64,000 nt of DNA from Verrucomicrobiia bacterium (GCA_947462875.1 CANHQJ010000012.1:48118-112117), one strand, 5' to 3'; counted from the stretch's first letter, positions 39,623 through 50,146 are shown. Translations and numbers: made by a program. Notes: generated by a model not told the origin, from the letters alone.

Positions 39623-41689
39623 ATGGATCCCATTACTTGGTTCATCATCCTCGCCGTCATTGTATTGATCCCCTTCGGAATCATGACCATTCTCTGCATT
39701 CGCAAAATCCAACCGGGCCGCGCGGGGCTCAAGACCGGGTGGGGCGGCTTGAAGGTCTCCTTCGACTGGATGGTGCGCGTGCCACTGCTCCAGAGCTACC
39801 ACATCATGGACATTTCCGTGAAGAAACTGGAGATCGCCCGGAAGGGGCAGGATGGTCTGGTTTGTAAGGACAACATCCGCGCTGATATCACGGTGGCGTT
39901 TTACATCCGCGTGGATGCCACTCCCGATAGCGTGCGCAAAGTGGCGCAAATGCTCACGCCAGAGCGTGTTTCCGACATGGGGCAACTCCGTGAGCTTTTT
40001 GAAGCGAAATTTTCCGAAGCTCTGAAAACGGCAGGCAAACAAATGGAGTTCCACGAGCTCTTCACCGAGCGTCTGCGTTTCCGCGATGAAATCCAAACCA
40101 CCATCGGCAAGGACCTCGACGGCTTCCTGCTCCAGGATGTGGCCATCGACTACCTTGAACAAACGCCGCTGGAAAACCTCGATCCGAACAACGTTCTCGA
40201 CTCCGAGGGTATCAAAAAAATCACCCAGATCACCCAGCGAGAGCGTGTGGTGGCGAACGAGTATACCCAGCGCGCGCAAGTGCAGGTCGAGAAGGAAAAT
40301 GCCGATGCCGAAATCGCCAAGCGCGAGCAAATCCGTCGCAACGAGGAAGATACCGCGAAACAAAACCGCGCGATCACGGAAATCCGCGCCAATGAGGAAG
40401 CGGAGTCGCGCAAGGTCATCGAGGCCCGTCGCAGCGAAGTGGAGGCGAAGCGCCTCGAAACGGAAGAGGCCATTCACCTGCGCACGGAAGACATGAACCG
40501 TGCGGTGCAGGAGCGCGGCTACACGGTCCGCAAGGAGAAGGAGCGTCTCGAACAGGAAGCCATCCAGGAGGGCGAAGAGGCACGGGTACGCCGCGAACGC
40601 ACGGTCGCGCTCGCCACCATGGACAAGGAAGTCAAGGTTGCGGAAGCTGCCGTGGAAGTGGAGCGCAAGCGCGCCATCGTCGTCGCCGAGCAGAAGGCCG
40701 TGGTCCAGCAGGAGGAGGAGAAGACCAACATCGAAGCCCGCATGACCGCCGAGCGCGTACGCGATGTCACATTGATCGAAGCGGAAATGCTCGCGAAAAA
40801 GGATCAGGTCGAAAAAGTCGTCGCATCCGAAGCACAGAAGGAAGCCCAGAAAAACATCGCCGAGGCTGAGAAAATCAAGCTCGTCACTGCCGCGGAAGCC
40901 GGTCGCGAAGCCGCCCTGCGCGATGCCGAGCGTTTGCAGACGATCGCCGACTCCGAGGCGCTTGCCAGTGATAAAAAACGTCACGCCATGGAGCAGGAAG
41001 CCGAGGGCAAGGCTGCCCAGGAAGCCGCTCCCGGACTGGCCGAGGCGAAAGTCATCGTCGCGAAGGCAAACGCCCGACTCGCCGAAGCTGCCGCCGTGCG
41101 CGAGAACGAGGCCGCCGTTGCCTCGGGCATCGAGGCCAAGGGCAGTGCCGAAGCGAAGTCCATCGAGGAAAAAGCCAAGGCGATGAAACTCCTCCACGAG
41201 GCTGGTCAGCAGCACGAGGAATTCCGCCTCCGCCTCAACAAGGATCGCGATGTCGAACTCGCTGCCATCCACGTCGAACGCGACATTGCCGCCGCTCACT
41301 CGGGGCTCGTCGGCGAGGCGCTCAAGCACGCCAAGATCGACATCGTCGGTGGCGAAAACGACTTCTTCGAGAAAATCGTCCGCTCCGTCGGTCGGGGCAA
41401 ATCGGTGGACCGCATGCTGGCGAACAGCAGCACGCTCACCGATATCAAAAACACCTTCTTCGATGGCGGATCGCCCGAGCAGTTCAAGGCGCGTCTCTCG
41501 CAGTGGGTGTCGGACTTCGGCATCAAGAGCGAGGATTTGAAAAATCTAACGATTGCCGCGCTCCTCACCCGCATGATCGCCGGAAGCAAGGACAATGCGC
41601 TGCAAAGCATGCTCCAGAGTGCCATGGACACCGCGCGCGATGCCGGCCTCGCGAATGCGAAGGCATCGGATGTGCTGGATGTGAAATGA
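39623..41689 (+). CDS. Flotillin family (SPFH/band-7) protein
   Basis: 688 aa with N-terminal TM helix (MDPITWFIILAVIVLIPFGIMTILCI) and SPFH core (RVPLLQSYHIMDISVKKLEI...ITVAFYIRV). A ~300-aa Ala/Glu/Lys-rich coiled-coil region typical of flotillin/YqiK follows. Confidence 0.8.
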   Translation: MDPITWFIILAVIVLIPFGIMTILCIRKIQPGRAGLKTGWGGLKVSFDWMVRVPLLQSYHIMDISVKKLEIARKGQDGLVCKDNIRADITVAFYIRVDATPDSVRKVAQMLTPERVSDMGQLRELFEAKFSEALKTAGKQMEFHELFTERLRFRDEIQTTIGKDLDGFLLQDVAIDYLEQTPLENLDPNNVLDSEGIKKITQITQRERVVANEYTQRAQVQVEKENADAEIAKREQIRRNEEDTAKQNRAITEIRANEEAESRKVIEARRSEVEAKRLETEEAIHLRTEDMNRAVQERGYTVRKEKERLEQEAIQEGEEARVRRERTVALATMDKEVKVAEAAVEVERKRAIVVAEQKAVVQQEEEKTNIEARMTAERVRDVTLIEAEMLAKKDQVEKVVASEAQKEAQKNIAEAEKIKLVTAAEAGREAALRDAERLQTIADSEALASDKKRHAMEQEAEGKAAQEAAPGLAEAKVIVAKANARLAEAAAVRENEAAVASGIEAKGSAEAKSIEEKAKAMKLLHEAGQQHEEFRLRLNKDRDVELAAIHVERDIAAAHSGLVGEALKHAKIDIVGGENDFFEKIVRSVGRGKSVDRMLANSSTLTDIKNTFFDGGSPEQFKARLSQWVSDFGIKSEDLKNLTIAALLTRMIAGSKDNALQSMLQSAMDTARDAGLANAKASDVLDVK

Positions 41690-41743
41690 GTTCCACCATG
41701 CCGCGCAGTGGGTTATCCCGCTCGCGGCGCTGGATTCCTGTGA

Positions 41744-44700
41744 ATGTCCCGCTCCATGTCCGAAGATCCAAACAAGCCTGAGACTCCCGCCGCCGATGCC
41801 CCGAAAGCTGATGGGGCTGCGGAGGCGCTGGGCAGTGCGACGTATGAGATCATACGCCAGCGCCTCTCGGTGCAGGGCGAGAGCCTGCATCAGCGCATGG
41901 CCCAGCTCGATGCCCGCCGTGCCGAGGTCTTTGGTTCGATCGAATCAAAACTGCTCCAGGCCGATCGCATCGTCACGCAGCACAACTGCATGCCGCGCGA
42001 TATGGTGCAGCTCGGCAATGATCGTTTTCTCTTCGCCTTCAACGTCCGCTTCGGGCTCAAAAAGGAAATGGAACTCGCCGATGTGTTCGCCGTTTATCGC
42101 CGCGACCCCGAGACCGGTGCTTTCCGCGAAGAGTCGCTCGATGTCATCAACGACCCGCGTTTTGTCACCGATTTCAAACGACTCTACAACGTCTATGAAC
42201 GCAGCTCGTTCCGCAAGTTCGCGGTGCGCGAGGGCAAGCTGTTCATGAATTTCGGCACGGGTGCGGCGCTGACGGATTTCGCCGCATTCGTTTGGGATTA
42301 CAATGAGGGGAATTTGAAGTTCATCGATGGCCGCGCGGAGGCGGAATACCGGCGCATCGGCTACCCACCGACACACGAATTCCGCTGGCTCAAGCCCGAT
42401 CGCGAGGCCTACCGCTATGGTGATCATCCGCACATCTCGATTCAGGATCGCGTGTTTGTCGAATGCGTGGGCGGTGATTTTACCGTCAAGGTGGAAGATA
42501 ACACCAAGGACGGGGAGGGGGTCTTTCGTGAGGCGGTGGAGGATCGCCACCAGAAACTCGACGATGCCGAAATCGAATACGCGGTCATCAATCAGCTCAT
42601 CGTTCTCAAGGTTCGCCCCTACAAGGAAAAGGACTACCGCTATTACATCTTCAATGAAAAGCAGCACAGCGTCGTGCGGGCGGATTCCATCGGCGATTCC
42701 TGTGTGTTACTTCCGGAGAGCCATGGGTTGATTTTTCCCGATGGCTATTATTTGGCGACGGGGGAATTCAAGCAATTCGAGTGCCGCATCCGCAGCATGC
42801 AAATCGAGCGCGTGATCCAGGCTCCGAACGGCGAGGACGTGCTCTATGTTTTCTACAATCGCAGCACCGGCGACTATGCGTTGATGCCGTATCGACTGAT
42901 CCAACAGCGTGTGGAGGAACGCATCACTTGTCACGGATTTTCCTTGTTCCCGAATGGCCACTTGTTGCTTTTCCGCGCCGATGCCGAGCCGCAAAAGCAC
43001 CACATGATCCAGCTGCGCCAAACGCCCTATCACATGCCGGGCTACGAGCCCGAGGGGCGGCGCGATGCGTTTCTCTATCAGGTCGGCAACCGCGAGGTGG
43101 TGCGCTGCCTCGCCGAGTGCAATGAAGTGCTCACTCTCATTCGACGCGAGGAGCCGTATGCGGAACTTTATACCGACCTCGTGCGTCGCAGCAGTGCGAT
43201 TCTTGATGCCTATCCGTGGCTTTCTCACGCCGATGGTTTTGCCATTGATGCCGCACTGCGTGCCGTAGGTGAGGCAGCGGACCGGGCCGTGGATGAATTC
43301 GATCGTGTCACGCGCATGCGCCGCGAGGCCGTCGAGCGCGTGGCAAAAGCCCGCAAGGATTGCGAATTGCGCTTCCAGGAAATCCGCCGTGCGAATTTCG
43401 CCGCGCTTGCGGATTATGTCGTGAATCTCGCCGCATTGCGCGGGCTGCGCGGGGAGCTGATTTCCCTGCGCGAGGTGCGCTATGTGGTCGTGGCCGAAGT
43501 CGAGGCGCTGGAAAAACAAGTGATCGAGGAGTCGGCGACGCTGTCAGGAAAATGCGTCGAGTTTTTACTTCGACCCGAATCGCTCGAACCTTATCGCAAG
43601 GCCGCAGCAGGACACCTGGCCGCCGTCGATGGCGTGCGCACGGTAGCCGAAGGGAAAAAAATCGAGGAAGCCGCCGGCAAAGAAGGCGGCGAACTGGAAA
43701 TGCTCATTGAAGTCGTGAACGGTCTGCGCATCGAGGATGCCACGCAGACCACGCGCATCATCGATGGCATCACCACCGTTTACTCGACGCTCAATCAAGT
43801 GCGCGCCGCTCTGCGCAATCGCCTTTCCGACCTCGCCTCCACCGAGGGTGCGGCGCAGTTCGCGGCGCAGATGAAATTGTTAGGCCAGGCGGCATCGAGT
43901 TATCTCGATCTTTGCAACACGCCTGCGAAGTGCGATGAATACCTCAATCGTCTCTCGGTGCAGATCGAGGAGCTGGAAGGGCGTTTTGCGGGCTTTGATG
44001 AATTTACTGTCAGCCTTGCCGAGCGCCGCACGGAACTTTACGAGGCTTTCGAGCAACGCAAGGTCGCGCTGGTCGAAGAGCGCAACCGCCGCGCCAACTC
44101 GCTGTCCACCGCTTCCGAGCGCATTCTCAAGGTGATCGTCAATCGACTCGACGGCTTCAAGTCGCTCGATGAGATCAATGCCTACATGGCATCGGACATG
44201 ATGGTCTCGCGCGTCCGCGAAACCGTCGCGCAATTGTTAGATTTGGGCGATGCACCGCGCGCCGATGCCCTCGAGTCGAAGTTAAAAAGCGCCCAGCAAG
44301 AAGCCGTGCGCCGGCTCAAGGATAGGCAGGAACTTTTCGCCGATGGGGATAACATCATCCGTCTCGGCAAGCACAGTTTCAACGTCAGCACGCAGCCCAT
44401 CGATCTCACCGTCGTGCTGCGCGAGGGCGTGCAACATGTTCACATCACCGGCACGCAGTACTTCGATCCCATCACCGACGAGGAATTCGTCGCCACCCGC
44501 GATGTGTGGGAGCAGGAAATGGTTTCGGAAACCCGCGAGGTCTATCGCGGCGAATACCTCGCGTGGCAGATGCTCAAGGCCTGGAACGGCGAGGCGCTGC
44601 CATCCAACGAAGAAGAAAACCTCGAAGCCGTCCGCCAGTTCATGGGCGCACGCTACGTCGAAGGCTATACGCGCGGCATCCACGACATCGATGGCGCGAA

Positions 44701-47047
44701 TATCCTCGCCGCGCTTGTCACCACCACGCGCGAACTCGGTCTCGCCCGCGCACACCCGTTGGCCCGCGCGATGGCACTCGTGTGGTGGCATCGCTTTTGC
44801 CCTGAGGAAACGCGCACTCTGTGGGCATCGAAACTTTCCTCCTTCGCCCAACGCAATCGCCTCTTCCCCGGCGATCCGATCCAGGGCGAATACATCGCCG
44901 CGCTACAATCGCTGTTGCGCACCTTTGCGGAAACGACGGGACTTTATCCCACCGAACGCGCTGATGCCGCAGGGGAGTATCTTTTCCATCAACTCGTCGC
45001 CGGTTGGCCCGCTGCGGTCACGCGCGAGGCGGATCAACTCACCACCGAGTTCGCCCGACAGATCACGCACGGCGGCGCGGAAAAAACCTTTGCCGATGGC
45101 CGCGCCGCACTCGCCGATCACCCCGCCAGCGAGCTCGCCCTCGTGCGCGATTGGCTGCGCGGCTCTATTTTTTCCGCTGCCAAGGATGGCGCAGAACCGG
45201 ACTTCCGCCATCACGAAGAAGCCTGCGCTTTGATCTTCTGTGGCGATGCGCTCCAGCGCCGGGTGGTCACCGCCACCACCACCCTCACACTTACCGGCAT
45301 GAAAGGAGCGCACGCACGCATGCAGGGCGGCGAATACACTTTCGATCACCTCGATTTCCACGAACGCCTCTCCCGCCACGAGCGAGAGGTAGTGCCGCGT
45401 TTCGAGTCCTTCCACGCTCTCAAACAAGCCCGCATCGCCCGCGAGCGCGCCTTGCTGCGCCTCAATGAATTCAAGCCACAAGTGCTCAGCTCCTTCGTGC
45501 GCAACCAGCTCATAGACGATGTCTACCTGCCGCTCATCGGCGACAACCTCGCCAAACAAATCGGTGCCGCAGGCGATAACCGCCGCACCGACCTCATGGG
45601 CCTCTTGCTCGTCATCTCGCCACCGGGCTACGGCAAGACGACTTTGTTAGAATACATCGCCAGCCGCCTCGGCATCGCCTTCATCAAGGTGAATGGCCCC
45701 GCGCTCGGCCACAACGTCGTTTCGCTCGACCCCGAGGAAGCGCCGAACGCCGCCGCGCGCTCCGAAATCAACAAGCTCAACCTCGCGCTGGAAATGGGCG
45801 ACAACGCGATGATCTGCGTGGATGACATCCAGCACTGCAATCCCGAGTTTTTGCAAAAGTTCATCTCCCTTTGCGATGGTCAACGCCGCATCGAAGGCGT
45901 GTGGCGCGGTCGCAGCCGGACCTATGACTTGCGCGGGCGGAAAATCATCGTCGTCATGGCGGGCAATCCCTACACCGAGAGCGGCACTCGTTTCAAAATA
46001 CCCGACATGCTCGCGAACCGTGCCGATACCTACAACCTCGGCGACATCATCGGCAACAGCGCCGGTGCCTTCAAGGCCAGCTACATTGAGAACGCCGTCA
46101 CCTCGAATCCCGCCCTCGTTGCTCTCGCCAACAAGAGCCAAAAAGACGTGCGCGCCTTCATCCGCATCGCCGAGACCGGCCAGCGTGATGGCATCACGTT
46201 CGAGGCCAGCTACAGCTCGCGTGAGATCGAGGAAATCCTCTCGGTGATGAAAAAACTCGTCGCCATCCGCGATGTCGTGTTGCGCGTGAACCAGGAATAC
46301 ATCCACTCCGCCGCCCAGGCCGATGAGTTCCGCACCGAGCCGCCCTTCCGCCTGCAAGGGTCCTATCGAAACATGAACCGCATGACCGAAAAAGTCGTCG
46401 CCATCATGAACGATGCCGAAGTGCGCGGGCTCATCATCGACCACTACCGTGGCGAATCCCAAACTCTCACGACCGGCACCGAGGCGAACTTTTTCAAATT
46501 CAAGGAAATCATCGGCGATCTCACCGCGGAAGAGCAAGCCCGTTGGGACGACATCAAGCGCACCTTCCAGCGCAATACCATCGCGAAAGGCGCGGGCGGG
46601 GACGAGGATCCCGTCGGTCGCGTCGTCGCTCAGCTCCACGGCTTCCAAACCGGCCTCGAAGGCATCCGCGAAACCATCGCCGGCCAGCTCGCCAACCCGC
46701 AGCCTGCGCCGCAGGTTCACCTCGATTTTTCGCCCATCAGCAAAGCCATCGATGGCCTGCGCGCCGACCTCACCCGCCCGCAAGGCGAGATCCCCGAGCT
46801 CCGCAGCGTGCTCCACGAGCTGGAAATGGTCCACAGCACTCTCGCCACCTTAAAAGACCTCGCCGCCCGCCAACGCGAACACCTCGACGATGCCCGCCGT
46901 TTGTTAGACGAACGCGCCCGCCAAGGCTCGGTGGAAATCGAAGTCACCCAAGATCTGTTAGCCAACGAATCCGCCTTCCTGGAGCACTTCCACAAAGCCC
47001 TGGCCAACGCCAAAGAGGCGAAAAAACCAACCAACCCACCCTCATGA
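41744..47047 (+). CDS. Giant (1767 aa) protein with a single MoxR/AAA_5-type AAA+ ATPase module
   Basis: Continuous ORF with no signal peptide or TM helix. Walker A LLLVISPPGYGKTTLLEYIASRLG, Walker B MICVDDIQHCNPEFLQKF, and sensor/Arg-finger region KIIVVMAGNPYTESGTRFKIPDMLANRAD lie around residues 1280-1420. These resemble MoxR/dynein-type AAA_5. The other ~1400 aa have no motif I recognise. Confidence 0.7.
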   Translation: MSRSMSEDPNKPETPAADAPKADGAAEALGSATYEIIRQRLSVQGESLHQRMAQLDARRAEVFGSIESKLLQADRIVTQHNCMPRDMVQLGNDRFLFAFNVRFGLKKEMELADVFAVYRRDPETGAFREESLDVINDPRFVTDFKRLYNVYERSSFRKFAVREGKLFMNFGTGAALTDFAAFVWDYNEGNLKFIDGRAEAEYRRIGYPPTHEFRWLKPDREAYRYGDHPHISIQDRVFVECVGGDFTVKVEDNTKDGEGVFREAVEDRHQKLDDAEIEYAVINQLIVLKVRPYKEKDYRYYIFNEKQHSVVRADSIGDSCVLLPESHGLIFPDGYYLATGEFKQFECRIRSMQIERVIQAPNGEDVLYVFYNRSTGDYALMPYRLIQQRVEERITCHGFSLFPNGHLLLFRADAEPQKHHMIQLRQTPYHMPGYEPEGRRDAFLYQVGNREVVRCLAECNEVLTLIRREEPYAELYTDLVRRSSAILDAYPWLSHADGFAIDAALRAVGEAADRAVDEFDRVTRMRREAVERVAKARKDCELRFQEIRRANFAALADYVVNLAALRGLRGELISLREVRYVVVAEVEALEKQVIEESATLSGKCVEFLLRPESLEPYRKAAAGHLAAVDGVRTVAEGKKIEEAAGKEGGELEMLIEVVNGLRIEDATQTTRIIDGITTVYSTLNQVRAALRNRLSDLASTEGAAQFAAQMKLLGQAASSYLDLCNTPAKCDEYLNRLSVQIEELEGRFAGFDEFTVSLAERRTELYEAFEQRKVALVEERNRRANSLSTASERILKVIVNRLDGFKSLDEINAYMASDMMVSRVRETVAQLLDLGDAPRADALESKLKSAQQEAVRRLKDRQELFADGDNIIRLGKHSFNVSTQPIDLTVVLREGVQHVHITGTQYFDPITDEEFVATRDVWEQEMVSETREVYRGEYLAWQMLKAWNGEALPSNEEENLEAVRQFMGARYVEGYTRGIHDIDGANILAALVTTTRELGLARAHPLARAMALVWWHRFCPEETRTLWASKLSSFAQRNRLFPGDPIQGEYIAALQSLLRTFAETTGLYPTERADAAGEYLFHQLVAGWPAAVTREADQLTTEFARQITHGGAEKTFADGRAALADHPASELALVRDWLRGSIFSAAKDGAEPDFRHHEEACALIFCGDALQRRVVTATTTLTLTGMKGAHARMQGGEYTFDHLDFHERLSRHEREVVPRFESFHALKQARIARERALLRLNEFKPQVLSSFVRNQLIDDVYLPLIGDNLAKQIGAAGDNRRTDLMGLLLVISPPGYGKTTLLEYIASRLGIAFIKVNGPALGHNVVSLDPEEAPNAAARSEINKLNLALEMGDNAMICVDDIQHCNPEFLQKFISLCDGQRRIEGVWRGRSRTYDLRGRKIIVVMAGNPYTESGTRFKIPDMLANRADTYNLGDIIGNSAGAFKASYIENAVTSNPALVALANKSQKDVRAFIRIAETGQRDGITFEASYSSREIEEILSVMKKLVAIRDVVLRVNQEYIHSAAQADEFRTEPPFRLQGSYRNMNRMTEKVVAIMNDAEVRGLIIDHYRGESQTLTTGTEANFFKFKEIIGDLTAEEQARWDDIKRTFQRNTIAKGAGGDEDPVGRVVAQLHGFQTGLEGIRETIAGQLANPQPAPQVHLDFSPISKAIDGLRADLTRPQGEIPELRSVLHELEMVHSTLATLKDLAARQREHLDDARRLLDERARQGSVEIEVTQDLLANESAFLEHFHKALANAKEAKKPTNPPS

Positions 47048-47814
47048 AACAAATCATCCGGCGCATCCAATCCCTCAACGAAAGCGCCTCCCAGCTCACC
47101 GCCGCCGCCGGCCAATTGCCCACTCGCGTGGCCGAACTGCGTGAGGCGATGAAGGCCACCACCGGCGAGCTTCACACCCTGAAGTCCGATATCCAAGTCA
47201 ACATCGCCGATCTCCAAATCGAGCACGAGGAAGACATCGGAGCCGCCTTGGTCGAGGTTGCCGGGCACGCCGCGGTGTTTCAACAAGCCGGATTTTTGTT
47301 GGACGGACTCGATGTCGAGGTCAGCCCCATTCAGCGCATGATTGTCACGCTCAAACGCCAGAAGGATGTGGACATCGGCAAGCTCCAGGAGTTGATCCAG
47401 CAGTATCGCGACCAATCGACCATGCGCTCCATCCTTTCCGCCTTGTTCAAAGCGCGCACGATGGTGGACAACATCGAGATCGACGGGCTCGACTACGATA
47501 AACTCATCATCGGCATCGGCCCCGTGCCCACCATCCGCCTCAGCTGGCGCGACCGCCATGCCAAATCCACCACCCCGGCCTGGCAGCCCACCGCCGCACA
47601 GCCTCTGACCAGCAGCGCCACCACCTCCTTCTTCGGCCACGCCCTCCAGTCGAGCTTCGCCCCCGCGAAACCACCCACCGAGCCCGAAGCGGAAGAAATC
47701 CCAACTCCACAGCCCACCCCCGTCCCCGTGACCAAACCCCCACCACTTCCCACGCAGCCCGTCGATCCACTCGCCCGCTTCAAAGTCATGCCTCATCTCA
47801 ACCGCCCGCAGTAA
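47044..47814 (+). CDS. Hypothetical coiled-coil protein with Pro-rich C-terminus, translationally coupled to the giant ATPase
   Basis: Its ATG (47044-47046) overlaps the TGA (47045-47047) of the upstream gene. The protein begins MKQIIRRIQSLNESASQL..., about 256 aa, with a predicted helical N-half and a tail PTEPEAEEIPTPQPTPVPVTKPPPLPTQPVDP. Confidence 0.55.
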   Translation: MKQIIRRIQSLNESASQLTAAAGQLPTRVAELREAMKATTGELHTLKSDIQVNIADLQIEHEEDIGAALVEVAGHAAVFQQAGFLLDGLDVEVSPIQRMIVTLKRQKDVDIGKLQELIQQYRDQSTMRSILSALFKARTMVDNIEIDGLDYDKLIIGIGPVPTIRLSWRDRHAKSTTPAWQPTAAQPLTSSATTSFFGHALQSSFAPAKPPTEPEAEEIPTPQPTPVPVTKPPPLPTQPVDPLARFKVMPHLNRPQ

Positions 47815-47875
47815 GCGAGAAGGTGGACAGGCAAGAGATCGATGATATCGTCCATAGTTCATTTTCTGCTCGGTC

Positions 47876-48610
47876 ATGTTATCACACAATCTCACTTCAA
47901 AATCTAACAAAACAGTTCTTGTCACTGGTGCCAATCGTGGGCTGGGGCTCGAAGCGGCGCGGTTGTTTTTGCAAAAGGGATTTTATGTCGTGTTTGCCGG
48001 GCGTGACTTGGCAGCACTCGAAAAAAACCGTCATTTATTGGACCCGGAGTTCCTGCGAAGCAGTACGCTCGAGCTGGACATGACTTCCCGTGATCACATC
48101 GAGCGTGTGCCAAGCCTGCTTGAGGAGGCGGGCATCCAGCTGGATGTGTTAGTGAACAATGCCGGAATTTTCCCGCGCGATGGGGAGCTCGTTGACGGAC
48201 TGCGACAGGCGCTGGATACCAACGTGACCGGAGCCGTGGCGTTGACGTTGGCCTTATCGGACCACATGCTGAAGGCAGCAGAGCCGCGCGTTGTGATGGT
48301 CTCCTCGGGCCTGGGATCGTTTGGCCGCTGCGCGGGGGAGGGGGCACCGCTGGCGGCATCGAATTTCCTTGCTTATCAGGCATCCAAGGCCGCTCTGAAT
48401 ATGGCTACCGTTTGCCTGGCGAAACAGTTTGCGGATACGGCACTGGTGATCACGGCGATTTCTCCCGGTTGGTGTCGCACGGACATGGGCGGCGCGGAGG
48501 CTCCGCGCAGTGCGAGCGATGGTGCCGCGGTCATCTATCATGCGGCCACGTTGCCCGCCGGATCACCCAGTGGCACCTTCCTCGGCGAAGAGGGTGCGAT
48601 GCCGTGGTAG
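47876..48610 (+). CDS. Short-chain dehydrogenase/reductase (SDR)
   Basis: Rossmann motif KTVLVTGANRGLGLEAAR, NNAG, and the YxxxK active site (YQASKAALN). Confidence 0.8.
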   Translation: MLSHNLTSKSNKTVLVTGANRGLGLEAARLFLQKGFYVVFAGRDLAALEKNRHLLDPEFLRSSTLELDMTSRDHIERVPSLLEEAGIQLDVLVNNAGIFPRDGELVDGLRQALDTNVTGAVALTLALSDHMLKAAEPRVVMVSSGLGSFGRCAGEGAPLAASNFLAYQASKAALNMATVCLAKQFADTALVITAISPGWCRTDMGGAEAPRSASDGAAVIYHAATLPAGSPSGTFLGEEGAMPW

Positions 48611-48724
48611 ACGCTTTTTTTGCAATGAAGCATCAACCGGGTTTGCGTCATGCTCGACAAAGCGTTCTTTACGTTTCCGTCGATTGCGATCATCATCGCG
48701 TTGTCATCGATGAAATGTTTTCTC

Positions 48725-50146
48725 ATGCGAAGCCGGTCCCTGCTACTCGCGCTCGTTGCGTGGCTCTGTGGCCCGGCGGTCGCAACGGAGCGGCCTAACA
48801 TCATTGTCGTTCTGCTCGATGACATGGGGTGGGGGGACTTTTCCTGTTTTGGAAACAAGGATGCGAAGACGCCGCAGGTCGATCGGCTGGCGCAGGAGGG
48901 CATTCGTTTTTCCCAGTTTTATGTCAACTCGCCGATTTGTTCTCCCTCGCGCACGGCGCTCACGACCGGGCAGTATCCGCAGCGCTGGAAGATCAGCTCG
49001 TATCTGAACAACCGCGCCGACAATGCCCGCCGCGGTATGGCGGATTGGCTCGATCCGAAGGCGCCCACGCTCGCAAGATTGCTCCAACAAAGCGGCTATG
49101 CCACCGGGCATTTCGGAAAATGGCACATGGGTGGGCAGCGCGATGTGGATGACGCGCCGGCGATCTCGGACTATGGCTTCGATGCATCGCTGACGAACTT
49201 CGAGGGCATGGGTGCGAAGCTGCTGCCGCTGACGATGAAGCCCGGCGCGACCGAACCGGGGAAAATCTGGGCGGATGCCGAACGACTCGGTCAGCCTGTG
49301 ACCTGGATGCAACGCTCGCAGATCACGGGCGGATTCGTGAACGCGGCCATTCCATTTATCGACAAAGCGGTCGCGGACAAAAAACCGTTTTATGTGAACC
49401 TGTGGCCGGATGATGTTCACAGTCCGTTCTGGCCACCTGTGGATCAATGGGCGGACGGGAAACGCGGTCTTTATCACTCGGTGATGATGGAAGCAGACCG
49501 CCAACTCGGCAAGCTCTTCGATCACATCCGCAACAACCCGGCGCTGCGCGACAACACTCTCATTTTGATATGTTCCGACAATGGCCCAGAGCCGGGGGCG
49601 GGGAGTGCCGGTCCATTTCGCGGCACGAAAGGCACGCTCTATGAGGGCGGCACACGTTCTTCGCTCATTGCGTGGGCACCGGGGCTGATGGAGAAATCCC
49701 AGGGTGGAACGCACAATGAGCGGTCCGTCTTCGCGGCCTTCGATCTCGCGCCATCGCTCCTCGCACTCGCGAAACTCGCGCCGCCCGAAGGAACCGTATT
49801 CGATGGAGAAAATCTCGCTCCCGTGCTGCTCGGCAAAAGCCATGCATCGCGCAAAGCACCCATCTTCTGGCGGCGGCCGCCGGATCGCCAAACCATGCCT
49901 CCTTCCCGGGAACTCCTGCCCGCGCTGTCGGTGCGTGAGGGCGATTGGAAATTGCTCTGCGAATACGATGGCAGCGAGGCGCAGCTTTACGACCTGGCGA
50001 AAGACCGCGGCGAAACCAACAACCTAGCCGCGCAACATCCCCAGCTCGTCGCCAGGCTCACCAGCCTGCTGCTGGCCTGGCACCAATCGATGCCGCCTGA
50101 CAATGGGCCAGCTTTGTCCAAGACCCAATCGATTCGAAAAAAATAG
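48725..50146 (+). CDS. Sulfatase (S1 family)
   Basis: Start chosen at MRSRSLLLALVAWLCGPAVA (signal peptide). Motifs PNIIVVLLDDMGWGD and CSPSRTALTTG. Confidence 0.85.
   Translation: MRSRSLLLALVAWLCGPAVATERPNIIVVLLDDMGWGDFSCFGNKDAKTPQVDRLAQEGIRFSQFYVNSPICSPSRTALTTGQYPQRWKISSYLNNRADNARRGMADWLDPKAPTLARLLQQSGYATGHFGKWHMGGQRDVDDAPAISDYGFDASLTNFEGMGAKLLPLTMKPGATEPGKIWADAERLGQPVTWMQRSQITGGFVNAAIPFIDKAVADKKPFYVNLWPDDVHSPFWPPVDQWADGKRGLYHSVMMEADRQLGKLFDHIRNNPALRDNTLILICSDNGPEPGAGSAGPFRGTKGTLYEGGTRSSLIAWAPGLMEKSQGGTHNERSVFAAFDLAPSLLALAKLAPPEGTVFDGENLAPVLLGKSHASRKAPIFWRRPPDRQTMPPSRELLPALSVREGDWKLLCEYDGSEAQLYDLAKDRGETNNLAAQHPQLVARLTSLLLAWHQSMPPDNGPALSKTQSIRKK

Noticed and set aside
39521-41329. 602-aa minus-strand ORF antisense to the flotillin gene
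   Set aside because: This is a mirror ORF caused by the repetitive GAG/GCC coiled-coil codons of flotillin. The flotillin sense frame has a TM helix, an SPFH core and a coherent coiled coil.
45647-46834. 395-aa minus-strand ORF (and 44903-45559, 42707-43519) antisense to the giant ATPase gene
   Set aside because: They lie inside a continuous 1767-codon ORF carrying Walker motifs. The antisense products are featureless.
48743-49891. 382-aa minus-strand ORF antisense to the sulfatase at 48725-50146
   Set aside because: The sense frame has canonical sulfatase signatures.
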